Below, in pieces: positions 43,705 to 54,293 of a stretch of 64,000 bases of DNA. Position 1 is the stretch's first letter. Each line of letters opens with the position of its first letter. The translations under genes and the position numbers were made by a program. Below the pieces are notes generated by a model. It did no database searches. It saw only the letters and a list, made by a program, of their open reading frames with translations, and was not told where the DNA came from. The stretch is from Alphaproteobacteria bacterium. Its GTDB lineage: Bacteria; Pseudomonadota; Alphaproteobacteria; JBKEAR01. The stretch spans positions 1,298 to 65,297 of the forward strand of contig JBKEAR010000019.1 of the NCBI GenBank assembly GCA_047972425.1, written 5' to 3'.

Positions 43705-44174
43705 TATACCGTCTCCTCTAATTTATTATTATTTTCTTTGGCTTCATCCTTAGGTGCATCGGCAATATTGAGACCAAAGGCTACATTATCAATGACCGAT
43801 AAATGGGGTAGCAATGCAAAGGATTGAAACACCATGGCCATTTTGCTTTTACGCACCTCGCGTAAGGCTTTTTTATCTAATTTTGTAATATTGGTATCGT
43901 CAATAATAACATCGCCCGTTATGGGGCGAATAAGTAAATTTAACATACGGATCAAAGTGGATTTACCCGAGCCAGAAAGCCCCATAATCACAAAAATTTC
44001 ACCCGGATAAATTTCTAAATTGGCATCGTAAACGCCCACATGTTTGCCGGTTTTTTCTAATATTTCTTGTTTGGTTGCCCCTTTTTGTAATTGTTGAATG
44101 GCTAATTTTGTGTTTTTGCCAAATATTTTAGAGACATGTTTAATTGTAATCTTCGGCTGTTGGGCTTCAGACAT
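43704..44174 (-). pseudogene. truncated ProV/OpuAA ABC ATPase (Walker A only, 156 aa)
   Basis: GLSGSGKST present, but Q-loop, LSGGQ, Walker B and CBS domains are absent; its stop overlaps the start of the downstream permease remnant. Confidence 0.6.
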
Positions 44175-44525
44175 AATAACTCTTTGTTAATTTGCGAATG
44201 CGAAATAACATTACATCTCCCAAAATACTGGGAGTGTATCAATGATGATTTCATACAATATTGAGATTAATATCGTCTCAATGTGAATTTATCGAATATA
44301 AATTCCTTTATTTATCTTCGCTTAGATTCTACTTATCTGTTATGCTCTAAACAATTGCACCATAAAACTTTGGATTCGACACCCTAAAGAATGTAACTGA
44401 TTATACATTCGCAATTATTTGAAAAATAATGAGCACAACCTCATAACAAAAAGCACTATAACATAGGCCAGAATAAAAATCAAAACACAGCCCTGCCAAT
44501 GTTATCAAGATATTGTCAGATAATA

Positions 44526-45761
44526 CTATTTTTGCGTGAGTTTAATCTCAATGCGGCGGTTTTGGGCGAGGTCTTGGGGGCTATTGCCTTCATTAATTGG
44601 GTGATACTCGCCAAAGCCAGCAGCCACAAGGCGATTAGGCGGCACACCATCGTTAATCAGCCGCTGCACTACCGATAACGCCCGCGCATTAGAAAGCGCC
44701 CAGTTATCCTTATATTGTGTACCCGAATAAGGCCTTTTATCGGTATGGCCGTCCACACGGATAATCCAATCGATATCATTGGGGATTTTTTGGGCGATAG
44801 ATTTTATAATGCCCGCTAGCCGATCCACTGATTGTACGCCCTCAGTACCTAAGTCGGCAGAGGCCGAGTTAAATAATACACCCGAAGATATAACAAAGCG
44901 ATCGCCTTCGATTTTAATATCATCACTATTGCCCAAAGCTTGGCGCAAATTACCAAAAAATTCTGAGCGATATTTTTGTAACTGATTAACCTCTGAAGCT
45001 AAAGCTTCATTGATGCGATTACCTAAATCGGAAATTTCTATTTTTTGATTTTCGATGGTTTCATCTCTTAAAGCCAAGGCATTTTCTACATTTTGCAGGC
45101 TGGTGGCTAAGGTACCGATTTGCTCTCTTAGGGTAATCATTTCGGCCTCGGCATCAATTTGCGCTTGCGATTTTACCGACAATTGGCTGTCTTTATCGCT
45201 GACCTCTTGCGTTAACGCTGCAATGCGCGCATTCAGCTCTTCTTCGCTGAGTTTCGCTTGGGTCACTTCTTCTTGGGCTGCTTTTAATGCCGTTTGTTGC
45301 TGGAGCTTAATATTGGTAATATCACCCAGTAATTTTTGCCTTGTGGCCTCTAAGGCAACAATTTGCGCATTTAAACTACTGGTTTGTTCTTGGTTATAAA
45401 CGCTTTCTTCTTGGCGTAAGCCAATCAGCTCGCCAAGCTCTCTCAGTAGTTTTTCTTGCTCAAGTTTGGCCTTTTGTAAATCGGCAGATAACCCGGTGAC
45501 TTGGGTTTCGTAAGCACCCACTTGGTCTTCATATTCTTTAACAATATTGCCAAATTCATCAACCTGTTGCGTGGCATCGGTCAGCTCGGTTTCTAAGGTG
45601 GATATTTCCTCATTTTTACCGCTTAAACTTTGGCCTAAACTAAAGGATATTACCGAAAATAAAGCCATCATAAAGACAAACAGCAATAACAGGGTCGATA
45701 TCGCATCAACAAAGCCCGGCCAAACATCAAATCCTTGTTGGTCTTTTCTACGCCGTGCCAT
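44526..45761 (-). CDS. MotB/OmpA-like protein: N-terminal MotB-type TM helix, about 230-aa coiled coil, C-terminal OmpA peptidoglycan-binding domain
   Basis: WPGFVDAISTLLLLFVFMMALF (MotB-like TM). Heptad-rich Q/E/L region. OmpA_C motifs (RVDGHTD...NWALSNARA...RRIEI). Confidence 0.75.
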   Translation of the reverse strand: MARRRKDQQGFDVWPGFVDAISTLLLLFVFMMALFSVISFSLGQSLSGKNEEISTLETELTDATQQVDEFGNIVKEYEDQVGAYETQVTGLSADLQKAKLEQEKLLRELGELIGLRQEESVYNQEQTSSLNAQIVALEATRQKLLGDITNIKLQQQTALKAAQEEVTQAKLSEEELNARIAALTQEVSDKDSQLSVKSQAQIDAEAEMITLREQIGTLATSLQNVENALALRDETIENQKIEISDLGNRINEALASEVNQLQKYRSEFFGNLRQALGNSDDIKIEGDRFVISSGVLFNSASADLGTEGVQSVDRLAGIIKSIAQKIPNDIDWIIRVDGHTDKRPYSGTQYKDNWALSNARALSVVQRLINDGVPPNRLVAAGFGEYHPINEGNSPQDLAQNRRIEIKLTQK

Positions 45762-46853
45762 TTATTCACCTGTATTCGGGGTATTTTTATATAATAATTG
45801 CTCTAATATGCGCTTAATTTGGTTAAGCTCTATCCATTGTAAATCTTGCTCTTGGCTTTCCTCTTTGGCTAAATGTACATTGGTTTGCTCTAGCTGTTTC
45901 GCAATATAATGCAAAATATTATCATAATAATTTTGTTGGCTATTCGACTGTTGCGCTAAAAGATTATCAATAGTTGTTTTTTGTGCATCAATCATTTGGC
46001 TATTATATTGCGCCAGCTGATAAAGTGCCGGCATATCTTTGGCCATGGCATCAATAGAGGCATTAATATTTTCGGCAATTTTAATATTACCGGCGGTTAA
46101 TTGCGATAATGCATTCACTTGCTTTTGGCTTTGCTCTAAAAAAGCTTGCATTTGGCTAAGGGATATATTTTCTTTCCATTGGGTGAGTTTAGAGATAATT
46201 TCTTCAACCGCAAGCATAAAGCGGTTTTCGGCCTGATTAACCTGTAAATGGATAAAACCCAATATCAAAGATGCCGAAAGCCCAAATAAAGAAGATGCAA
46301 AGGCTGTGCGCATGCCCGAAAGCGGTTGTGATAATTGGCCGAGTAGCTGATTAATCACATTTTCATTGGCGTTTTCGGTAAAGGAGCCAGAGAAAATTTC
46401 GGTGAGGCTAGAGGTTGTAATTAGCAAACCCCAAAATGTGCCCAATAGCCCTAAAAACACCAATAAGCTAATCACATAGCGGGATATCGCTTTATTTTCA
46501 TCGAGCCGAGCTTCGACATTTTCGAAGATAAATTGTGTATTTTGCGGGGTGACTTGGTGGTCTTTAATCTCACCTTGTATCGCTTGCAGCGGCTTTAAAA
46601 AATGCAATGGTTTTTGCGGTAAATCCTGTTTTTTCATCCATGCATTTATCCAAGCACATTCATTTTGCAGGCGCAATAATATCCATATATTGTAAATAAC
46701 ACCTAAAATAAACACAATAAGAATAAGGGAGTTTATGGGAATATTTGCCATAAAAAAGGAAATAAGATGCTGATATAATAAAGCGATTAGCCCGATGATG
46801 ATAGCTAAAAAAAATAGAATGCGTAGCCAATATCGGTTGAGTGAAATTGTCAT
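45762..46853 (-). CDS. MotA/TolQ/ExbB-family proton-channel protein with about 170-aa C-terminal coiled-coil tail
   Basis: 4 TM helices with LGLLGTFWGL and TAFASSLFGLSASLILG, the signature TM3/TM4 motifs of MotA/ExbB. Start at MTISLNRYW (SD gaagagg); the track start at 46886 is an alternative. Stop abuts the start of the MotB-like gene. Confidence 0.7.
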   Translation of the reverse strand: MTISLNRYWLRILFFLAIIIGLIALLYQHLISFFMANIPINSLILIVFILGVIYNIWILLRLQNECAWINAWMKKQDLPQKPLHFLKPLQAIQGEIKDHQVTPQNTQFIFENVEARLDENKAISRYVISLLVFLGLLGTFWGLLITTSSLTEIFSGSFTENANENVINQLLGQLSQPLSGMRTAFASSLFGLSASLILGFIHLQVNQAENRFMLAVEEIISKLTQWKENISLSQMQAFLEQSQKQVNALSQLTAGNIKIAENINASIDAMAKDMPALYQLAQYNSQMIDAQKTTIDNLLAQQSNSQQNYYDNILHYIAKQLEQTNVHLAKEESQEQDLQWIELNQIKRILEQLLYKNTPNTGE

Positions 46854-46976
46854 AATGTGAGCCTCTTCTTTTTTTATGTTTATCATAGCCTACATGTTCT
46901 TTATGTGCAACACACATATTGTTGACTTTGGCTTGATAATCGGGTTTAAATGGATAAACAAAAATAGGGAGTACCA

Positions 46977-47186
46977 ATGGAATATTTACGGGTAATTTTA
47001 TATGCAGGGGCTGCTTTTTATTGTGGTTATACTGTAAAAATGGGATATGACGAATATTTAAAATCGGGCGATAAACGTATTATTTTAGCGATGGTGGCGT
47101 TTTCGATTGCAACCGTTGTAATTGGCTATTTATCATACCGTGAATATAGGCGGGTAAAAGCCGAAAAAGAAGATAAGAAAGAATAA
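46977..47186 (+). CDS. small membrane protein (69 aa, 2 TM)
   Basis: ORF with SD (agggag); hydrophobic segments; divergent from the MotA-like gene. Confidence 0.4.
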   Translation: MEYLRVILYAGAAFYCGYTVKMGYDEYLKSGDKRIILAMVAFSIATVVIGYLSYREYRRVKAEKEDKKE

Positions 47187-47201
47187 AAAGGAGTATATAA
47201 T

Positions 47202-47327
47202 ATGGAAGTTGAACAATCAGCATTTTTAAGCCCTCCAATGTTAATTGGCTTAATTGCACTTGGGGTAGTATTGGTTGCGATTGCTTATTTGGCTTATGGG
47301 CAACATAAGAAAAAAGATGATAAATAG
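47202..47327 (+). CDS. small membrane protein (41 aa, 1 TM, KKKDDK tail)
   Basis: MEVEQSAFLSPPMLIGLIALGVVLVAIAYLAYGQHKKKDDK; strong SD aaaggag 8 nt upstream; below the ORF-track length cutoff. Confidence 0.35.
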   Translation: MEVEQSAFLSPPMLIGLIALGVVLVAIAYLAYGQHKKKDDK

Positions 47328-47415
47328 TTTTGCGATAGATGTTGCGCAAAATAAGGAAATTGACTATATTTGAGTTAGTTAAAAATATTGAGAAAAAATT
47401 AAGGAGCTCTGCTAC

Positions 47416-47796
47416 GTGACAACCGCCGAAAAACCAATTTTAGAAGGCAAGGCACTTTTAGATGTCATTATTGAATCCATTGATTCTGATAAAGCCGAAG
47501 ATATTGTGACCATTGATTTAGGAAACAAAACCGATATTGCCGATTATATGGTTGTGGCATCGGGTAATGTTAACCGGCATGTTGCGGCAATCTCGGAGCA
47601 TTTAGCCGAAAAACTTAAAAAACTCGGCCATTCACCTATCCAAGTAGAAGGTTTAGAAGAAGCCGATTGGGTATTATTGGATACTGGCGATGTGATAGTG
47701 CATGTTTTTCGCCCGGAAGTACGCGATTTTTATAAAATTGAGCAAATGTGGGAAGAAATGCCATCGCTTTTGTCGCGACAGGTCGAAGAATTATAA
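47416..47796 (+). CDS. rsfS: ribosome silencing factor RsfS (Iojap)
   Basis: GTG start with SD aaggag; iojap-family sequence. Confidence 0.85.
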   Translation: MTTAEKPILEGKALLDVIIESIDSDKAEDIVTIDLGNKTDIADYMVVASGNVNRHVAAISEHLAEKLKKLGHSPIQVEGLEEADWVLLDTGDVIVHVFRPEVRDFYKIEQMWEEMPSLLSRQVEEL

Positions 47797-47802
47797 AGCG
47801 CA

Positions 47803-48264
47803 ATGAAAATACAAATCATTGCCATTGGTAAAGTAAAAAAAGGGGCGATTGAGTCCCTTTTTTCGCAATATGCCAAGCGCATAAAAAGGTGGAAGTTAGA
47901 GGTAAAAGAATTTGCGGAATCCCAAGCCCAAACGGGTGATGCTCGCAAGCTTGATGAAGCCGAAAAAATCTTAAGCCAAATAAAACCGGGGTGCATTATT
48001 GTGGCCTTAGATGAGCGGGGTGAGCATTTAACCTCGCCAGAGATGGCCAATTTTATGGCCGCGCAAGAAAATGCCTCGGCCTCTTATATCAGCTTTATCA
48101 TTGGCGGCCCCGATGGCTTAGATGATACCATTCGTGCGCAGGCAAAATCCGTTTGGGCTTTAGGGCGGGCAACATGGCCGCACCAGTTGGTTCGGGCTCT
48201 GTTGGCCGAGCAAATTTATCGCAGCCAAACCATAATTGAAGGTCATCCTTATCATCGCAGTTAA
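47803..48264 (+). CDS. rlmH: 23S rRNA (pseudouridine1915-N3)-methyltransferase RlmH
   Basis: 153 aa SPOUT methyltransferase. Confidence 0.9.
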   Translation: MKIQIIAIGKVKKGAIESLFSQYAKRIKRWKLEVKEFAESQAQTGDARKLDEAEKILSQIKPGCIIVALDERGEHLTSPEMANFMAAQENASASYISFIIGGPDGLDDTIRAQAKSVWALGRATWPHQLVRALLAEQIYRSQTIIEGHPYHRS

Positions 48265-48407
48265 GAATGGTTATAAAAAAAGTATCATACACAGCGATAA
48301 ACGTTTTTGAATAAACAAGTTTTATGTTATATTGCTAGCGAATGTCTATATGAAGAAAATTATTGAGCCTATACGGGGCTCGAATAGAATGAAATTAAGG
48401 AATAAAA

Positions 48408-50591
48408 ATGTTTAATATACATCGTAAAGAAATCATGTGGGGCGGTCGTCCGCTCGTTTTAGAAACAGGTAAAATTGCACGCCAAGCCGATGGAGCGGTT
48501 CTTGCAACTTACGGAGAAACTCAAGTACTTGCAACAGTTGTTGGCGAAAAAGAAGCAAAGCCTGGCATTGATTTCTTTCCGCTTTCTGTGCATTATCAGG
48601 AAAAAACTTATGCTGCAGGGCGTATCCCCGGTGGCTTTTTTAAACGCGAAGGCCGCCCTAGTGAGCATGAAACTTTAACATCACGTTTAATTGATCGCCC
48701 AATTCGCCCGCTTTTTGCTAAAGGTTATAAAAACGAAACCCAAATTTTAATCACTGTGTTATCCCATGATATGGAAAACGCACCCGATATTTTATCGCTT
48801 GTTGCGGCATCGGCTGCATTAACAATTTCCGGCTTACCTTTCTTAGGCCCTATTGGTGGTGCCCGTGTGGGTTATATTGATGGTGAATTTGTTCTTAACC
48901 CCAAATTAGAGCAAATGGACGATAGCCAGTTAGACTTAGTTGTTGCAGGCACAACCGAAGGCGTGTTGATGGTAGAATCTGAAGCATCGGAACTAACAGA
49001 AGAAACCATGTTAGCCGCTGTTGATTTTGGCCATAAGGCTTTCCAACCCGTGATTGATTTAATTATCAGCTTGGCCGAAGAATGTGCCAAAGACCCCCGT
49101 GAGATTGAAGCTGAACCCAAAGGCGTAGATGCTTTAAAGAAAGAAGTTAAAAAACTTGCGCAAAAAGGCATTAAAGCCGCTTATAAAATCCAAAAGAAAC
49201 AAGACCGTATGGATGCGGTATCGGCTGCAAAATCTGAAGCAACCGAAGCGATTTTAGCCAGTGAAAAATTTGACGAAGAAGCTTTAGCTTACTTGCCCGA
49301 AATTTTAAAAGGCTTAGAAAAAGATATTGTTCGTGGCGATATTTTAAAAACCGGCAAACGCATTGACGGCCGCGATACCAAAACCGTGCGCCCCATTGTG
49401 TGTGAGACTGGTTTATTAACCCGCGCTCATGGCTCGGCATTATTTACCCGTGGTGAAACCCAAGCTTTGGTTGTAACCACTTTAGGTACAGGCCAAGATG
49501 AACAATTTGTGGATAGCTTAGAGGGCGAAACAAAATCAAAATTTATGCTCCATTATAACTTCCCCCCTTATTCGGTGGGCGAAACAGGCCGTATTGGTGC
49601 TACAGGTCGCCGCGAGGTTGGTCATGGTAAATTGGCTTATCGGGCAATTTACCCGGTATTACCTAAGGGTGAAGATAATCCTTATACTATCCGTGTGGTA
49701 TCAGAGGTTACCGAAAGTAATGGTTCATCTTCTATGGCCACTGTTTGTGGTACATCGATGTCGTTGATGGATGCTGGTGTGCAACTGCCTAAACCTGTTG
49801 CCGGTATTGCCATGGGCTTAATTAAAGAGGGCGATGAATTTGCTGTTCTTTCGGATATTATGGGCGATGAAGATCATTTAGGCGATATGGACTTTAAAGT
49901 GGCCGGAACCCAAGATGGTATTACCGCTTTACAAATGGATATCAAAATTACATCGGTTACGCCCGAGATTATGCAAATTGCCTTAACCCAAGCCAAAGAA
50001 GGCCGTAAACATATCTTAGGCGAAATGGCGAAAGCGATTACATCGGCCAACACCGATGTTTCGGAATTTGCACCACGCATTGAAACCGTGATGATTCACC
50101 CCGATAAAATTCGTGATGTTATTGGTTCAGGCGGTAAAGTAATCCGTGAGATTGTGGAAACCACAGGTGCAAAAATTGACATAGAAGAAGACGGTACCGT
50201 TAAAATTGCTGCAGCCGATAAAAATGCGATTGATGCAGCGGTTAAATGGGTAAAAGATATTACGGATGATCCGGAAGTTGGCAAAATTTACGAAGGTAAA
50301 GCGGTAAAAATCATGGAGTTTGGTGCTTTTGTTAATTATATGGGCACACGCGATGGTTTGGTGCATATTTCGGAACTTGCCGAAGGTAAAACCGAAAAAA
50401 CCGAAGATGTTGTTAAAGAGGGTGATATTGTAAAAGTGAAACTCATTAACATCGATGGTCGCGGTAAAGCATCACTATCCATGCGTTTAGTTAATCAGGA
50501 AACGGGTGAAGATTTATCGGATCAGCTCGATCCACCGCGTACAGTTGAAAAGAAAGAGCGCAAGCCGCGCCGTCGTCCAAGTAAAGATTAA
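48408..50591 (+). CDS. pnp: polyribonucleotide nucleotidyltransferase (PNPase)
   Basis: 727 aa; two RNase PH domains, KH and S1 domains. Confidence 0.95.
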   Translation: MFNIHRKEIMWGGRPLVLETGKIARQADGAVLATYGETQVLATVVGEKEAKPGIDFFPLSVHYQEKTYAAGRIPGGFFKREGRPSEHETLTSRLIDRPIRPLFAKGYKNETQILITVLSHDMENAPDILSLVAASAALTISGLPFLGPIGGARVGYIDGEFVLNPKLEQMDDSQLDLVVAGTTEGVLMVESEASELTEETMLAAVDFGHKAFQPVIDLIISLAEECAKDPREIEAEPKGVDALKKEVKKLAQKGIKAAYKIQKKQDRMDAVSAAKSEATEAILASEKFDEEALAYLPEILKGLEKDIVRGDILKTGKRIDGRDTKTVRPIVCETGLLTRAHGSALFTRGETQALVVTTLGTGQDEQFVDSLEGETKSKFMLHYNFPPYSVGETGRIGATGRREVGHGKLAYRAIYPVLPKGEDNPYTIRVVSEVTESNGSSSMATVCGTSMSLMDAGVQLPKPVAGIAMGLIKEGDEFAVLSDIMGDEDHLGDMDFKVAGTQDGITALQMDIKITSVTPEIMQIALTQAKEGRKHILGEMAKAITSANTDVSEFAPRIETVMIHPDKIRDVIGSGGKVIREIVETTGAKIDIEEDGTVKIAAADKNAIDAAVKWVKDITDDPEVGKIYEGKAVKIMEFGAFVNYMGTRDGLVHISELAEGKTEKTEDVVKEGDIVKVKLINIDGRGKASLSMRLVNQETGEDLSDQLDPPRTVEKKERKPRRRPSKD

Positions 50592-50601
50592 GGAGTTGCT
50601 T

Positions 50602-52008
50602 ATGTTTAAAACACCTAAGGCAGTTATGCTTTCAGGTAAGGAAGTTTTACCGATTATCGAAGGCGGTAAAGGTGTTGCAGTTTCTAACGGTGTATCGGCA
50701 GGTGCGTTTGCAGCTGCCGGCGCTGTGGGAACATTTAGTGGCGTTAATGCCGATAGCTACGATGAAAACGGTCAGATTGTTCCGCAAGTTTATAAAAAAG
50801 GCTCTTCGCGGCGCGAAAGATTTATGCAGCTTGTTGAATATGGTATTCAAGGCGGTATTGCCCAAGCCCAAGTTGCCCATGAGCGATCAAAAGGGAATGG
50901 CCGCATTTTTATGAATGTTCTTTGGGAAGCCGGCGGGGCGCAAGAGATTATTAAAGGCGTGCTCGAAGGTGCAAAAGGTTTAATTAACGGCGTTGTTTGT
51001 GGTGCCGGTATGCCTTATAAATTGGCCGAAATTGCAAGTGCTCATAAAGTTTGGTATTACCCGATTGTATCATCTTCGCGGGCTTTTCGTATTTTATGGC
51101 TGCGGGCTTATTCTAAGGCCTCGGAATTTTTAGGCGGTGTGGTTTATGAAGACCCATGGCTTGCTGGTGGGCATAACGGATTATCTAATGCCGAGGACCC
51201 GCAAATGCCGCAAGACCCATATTTGCGCATTAAAGAGCTCCGCGATTTTATGAATAAAGTGGGGCTTAACAATACCCCGATTATCATCGCCGGTGGGGTA
51301 TGGTCGCTTGCGGATTGGCAAGATTATATTGATAACCCCGAGATTGGCCCGGTGGCTTTTCAGATGGGAACACGCCCCTTATTAACCAAAGAAAGCCCAA
51401 TTTCGCAAGCTTGGCGCAATTTGTTGCGTAATCTTAAAGAGGGCGATGTGGGTTTAAATAAATTTTCACCCACTGGTTTTTGGAGTTCGGCGGTTAGAAA
51501 TGACTTTTTAAGAGAGCTGATTGAGCGCTCGAAACGCCAAATCTTTTTTAAAGAACAAACGGAAGAAGATTATACCGAAGCCCTTAAAATCGGTGGTGCA
51601 AAAAGCGAGCCGGTTTATGTGAAAGCCGAGGATTTACCCAAAGCAGAGCAATGGCAAGGTGAAGGCTTTACCAAAATTGTACGCACACCCGATAGCTCGG
51701 TTGTGTTTTTAAGTAAGGAAAAAGCCAAGGCAATCCGTATTGACCAAGCGGAATGTATGGGTTGTTTAAGCCAATGTCGGTTCTCTAACTGGGCAACGAA
51801 TGAGGAATGGACAACGGGTAAATTGCCCGACCCACGCTCTTATTGTATTCAAAAAACCTTACAATCCATTGCCCATGATGGCTCGGTGCAAGATAATTTA
51901 GCTTTTGCCGGCCATAGTGCTTATCGGTTTAAGGACGACCCTTTATATAAGGATGGTAAAGAGCCAACGGTTGCAGAATTTGTTGATGCAATTATGAAAG
52001 GGCTTTAA
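50602..52008 (+). CDS. nitronate monooxygenase (NMO / 2-nitropropane dioxygenase-like) family flavoprotein, long form
   Basis: Start at MFKTPK (SD aaggag). PIIEGGKG and QMGTRPLLTKES motifs match the NMO family; about 468 aa is larger than typical. Confidence 0.65.
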   Translation: MFKTPKAVMLSGKEVLPIIEGGKGVAVSNGVSAGAFAAAGAVGTFSGVNADSYDENGQIVPQVYKKGSSRRERFMQLVEYGIQGGIAQAQVAHERSKGNGRIFMNVLWEAGGAQEIIKGVLEGAKGLINGVVCGAGMPYKLAEIASAHKVWYYPIVSSSRAFRILWLRAYSKASEFLGGVVYEDPWLAGGHNGLSNAEDPQMPQDPYLRIKELRDFMNKVGLNNTPIIIAGGVWSLADWQDYIDNPEIGPVAFQMGTRPLLTKESPISQAWRNLLRNLKEGDVGLNKFSPTGFWSSAVRNDFLRELIERSKRQIFFKEQTEEDYTEALKIGGAKSEPVYVKAEDLPKAEQWQGEGFTKIVRTPDSSVVFLSKEKAKAIRIDQAECMGCLSQCRFSNWATNEEWTTGKLPDPRSYCIQKTLQSIAHDGSVQDNLAFAGHSAYRFKDDPLYKDGKEPTVAEFVDAIMKGL

Positions 52009-52029
52009 CAGCTTTTAATAAAAATAAAA

Positions 52030-52056
52030 AGAGGGCTTTAAAGCCCTCTTTTTTTA
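52030..52056. terminator. bidirectional intrinsic terminator between the NMO-like gene and the MFS gene
   Basis: agagggcttt-aaagccctct followed by ttttttt. Confidence 0.7.
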
Positions 52057-52059
52057 ACG

Positions 52060-53409
52060 TTATCTGAGTACCCAATTTTTATAGCGTGATAACCATAGGG
52101 CAACAAAGGCTGCGCATAAGGCCATTATCGCCATGACCATCCATGCGAATGCACCGCTAATATATTGGTAATAAAAGCCCGATAAAATCATATTTGCCCC
52201 AATACCAATGCCAAATACCACGCTTGTATAAAGGGTTTGCATGCTGGCGGCAAGGTTTTCGGGTATATGTTTTTCTACCCAATACATTGCCCCTAGATGC
52301 CCTAAAGCATAGGTAAAGCCATGAAAGGCCATGGCCATATAAATAACCAAAGTTTCATCGTTATAAATAGCCAGTAAAAACCACCGTAAAGCCGCAATGG
52401 CTGCGGCAAAACATAAAATATAACTGGCGCGCATTTTCTTGCGGAATATCCAACCGATAGTAAAAATAATAAGTTCGCCAATATTACCGAATGTCCAAAA
52501 TTTACCAATCGCACCAAAATCCAAACCTTGCTCTTGCCAATAATTTGTCCCTTGGGCGTAAAGCATGCCGTGGCTACCTTGTAATAATACGGCAATAATG
52601 AGCAGCAGAACAATGGGGGGTTCACGCAATAAGCGCACCACAGGGGGGCGCTCATGGTAAGTTTTTGGGGTTTTTACATTGGGTAAAAATAGCCCAACAA
52701 TACCCAAAACCACCATACCCAAAATAAGGGTAATTACCATTATTTTATTGCCATCGTAATTGGGCGAAAACAGAAAATAACTGATATAAGTAATGCCGGT
52801 AATTGTACCCACCGTACCCCATAGGCGAAAACGCCCATAATCGAGCTTGGTGGTGGATAGGCTAATGATAATAGTGATTATACAACAGGCTGCCACAACC
52901 AAAATAATAAATAAATCGGCCCATGTGGTATATTGATTGCTAAGGTAAAAATAGCTGAGCATGCCGATGGCAATTAAAGACATAATACTATAAATCAGCA
53001 GGTCTAAGGGCGAGGCTTTATGGGCATTGGGGCGCTGTGTGGTGATGGTAACCATAGATGTTAAAAGGGAGCTGGCTGTCCATATGAGTTGCGCCCAAAT
53101 GAGCGAGATGAAAAGCCATGGCCAAAAACCATTGGTAAACATATAGAGGGAAAACACAATGGCCGAGCCAAAACTGAGTGCCGAGATAATCCATTTGCGC
53201 GAGCCATATTTATCGACAAACCATGCTATAATCAAGCCTAAAAACGGCCGGGCAAAAGGTGCAGAGCCAATAACAATGCCAATCTCCGAGGGCGATAACC
53301 CCCCATTTTTTAACCAATTTTGCCAAAAAGGCGTATGAATACCCCCCATTAAAAACCAAAAGAGCATAAAATAGAGTGCAATACGGCTATTGTTACTTTT
53401 AGCGGTCAA
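52060..53409 (-). CDS. MFS transporter
   Basis: 449 aa, about 12 TM. Confidence 0.8.
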   Translation of the reverse strand: MTAKSNNSRIALYFMLFWFLMGGIHTPFWQNWLKNGGLSPSEIGIVIGSAPFARPFLGLIIAWFVDKYGSRKWIISALSFGSAIVFSLYMFTNGFWPWLFISLIWAQLIWTASSLLTSMVTITTQRPNAHKASPLDLLIYSIMSLIAIGMLSYFYLSNQYTTWADLFIILVVAACCIITIIISLSTTKLDYGRFRLWGTVGTITGITYISYFLFSPNYDGNKIMVITLILGMVVLGIVGLFLPNVKTPKTYHERPPVVRLLREPPIVLLLIIAVLLQGSHGMLYAQGTNYWQEQGLDFGAIGKFWTFGNIGELIIFTIGWIFRKKMRASYILCFAAAIAALRWFLLAIYNDETLVIYMAMAFHGFTYALGHLGAMYWVEKHIPENLAASMQTLYTSVVFGIGIGANMILSGFYYQYISGAFAWMVMAIMALCAAFVALWLSRYKNWVLR

Positions 53410-53506
53410 TTTACCTTCCTTACCAATGATACGGCTTATAGCTTGTGATTACACAAGGTAATTTAAAGGGAATATCATATAAATATCGGTAATGAAACAA
53501 AATATT

Positions 53507-53986
53507 TTATCGGATTAAAATATTATCTTCGTTTACATTAAGCCCTTCTAAACGTAAAAGATTGGCTTTGGTGTTAATGCCGCCTTCGCCCGAATATCCG
53601 TTAAGCCGCCCATCGGTTGCAACCACACGGTGGCAAGGGATTAAAATAGGCACCGGGTTAGAGCCACAAGCCATACCCACCGCCCGTGGGGATGAGTTAA
53701 GCTTTTTAGCCAGCTCGCCATAGCTCATAACCGTTCCATAGGGGATTTCTTGTAAGGCATTCCATACTTTTTGCTGAAAGCGCGTACCGGCCGGATTAAA
53801 AATAAGGTTAAATTTTTTACGATGCCCATCAAAATAATCATTCATCTGATTAATTGCATCTTCAAGCATAGCGGTTGGGATATCCTCAGGGGGGCGACCC
53901 CATTCTAAAGCGCAAATACCGCCATCAACCTCAAATAGGGTTAATACACCCACAGGTGAACTAAAACTTAGGGCTGCAAAATTCAT
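53507..53986 (-). CDS. ogt: methylated-DNA--protein-cysteine methyltransferase
   Basis: 159 aa; PCHRVV active-site motif. Confidence 0.85.
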   Translation of the reverse strand: MNFAALSFSSPVGVLTLFEVDGGICALEWGRPPEDIPTAMLEDAINQMNDYFDGHRKKFNLIFNPAGTRFQQKVWNALQEIPYGTVMSYGELAKKLNSSPRAVGMACGSNPVPILIPCHRVVATDGRLNGYSGEGGINTKANLLRLEGLNVNEDNILIR

Positions 53987-54293
53987 TATACTTCGCCTCC
54001 GATGATAAAATTAGGGTTATTTTATCGTGTTTATCGGTAAAACTCAAGCGGTGATTCTGATGGCCGGTATCATTACAAATGAATTTATATGGGAATAGCA
54101 AAATATATTTTCCATTAATTGGGGTAATGCATGAGGAAAAAGGGAGATTTAGCCGCAATTTAATGAATTTTATAATAAAAAGCTTGAACTCCCTTATAAA
54201 TACCGTTATAAACTGGAGCTTGTCTATACATTACCGGGCGGGGTATGCCTTGATAATGTCTGTGTTAACCCTTTGAAATATAGAGGATTAAAA

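Noticed and set aside
53987-54293. L20-binding leader upstream of rpmI
   Set aside because: The E. coli and Bacillus L20-regulated leader precedes infC, not rpmI, and infC is absent here; the 300-bp spacer was not inspected for secondary structure, so no call was made.
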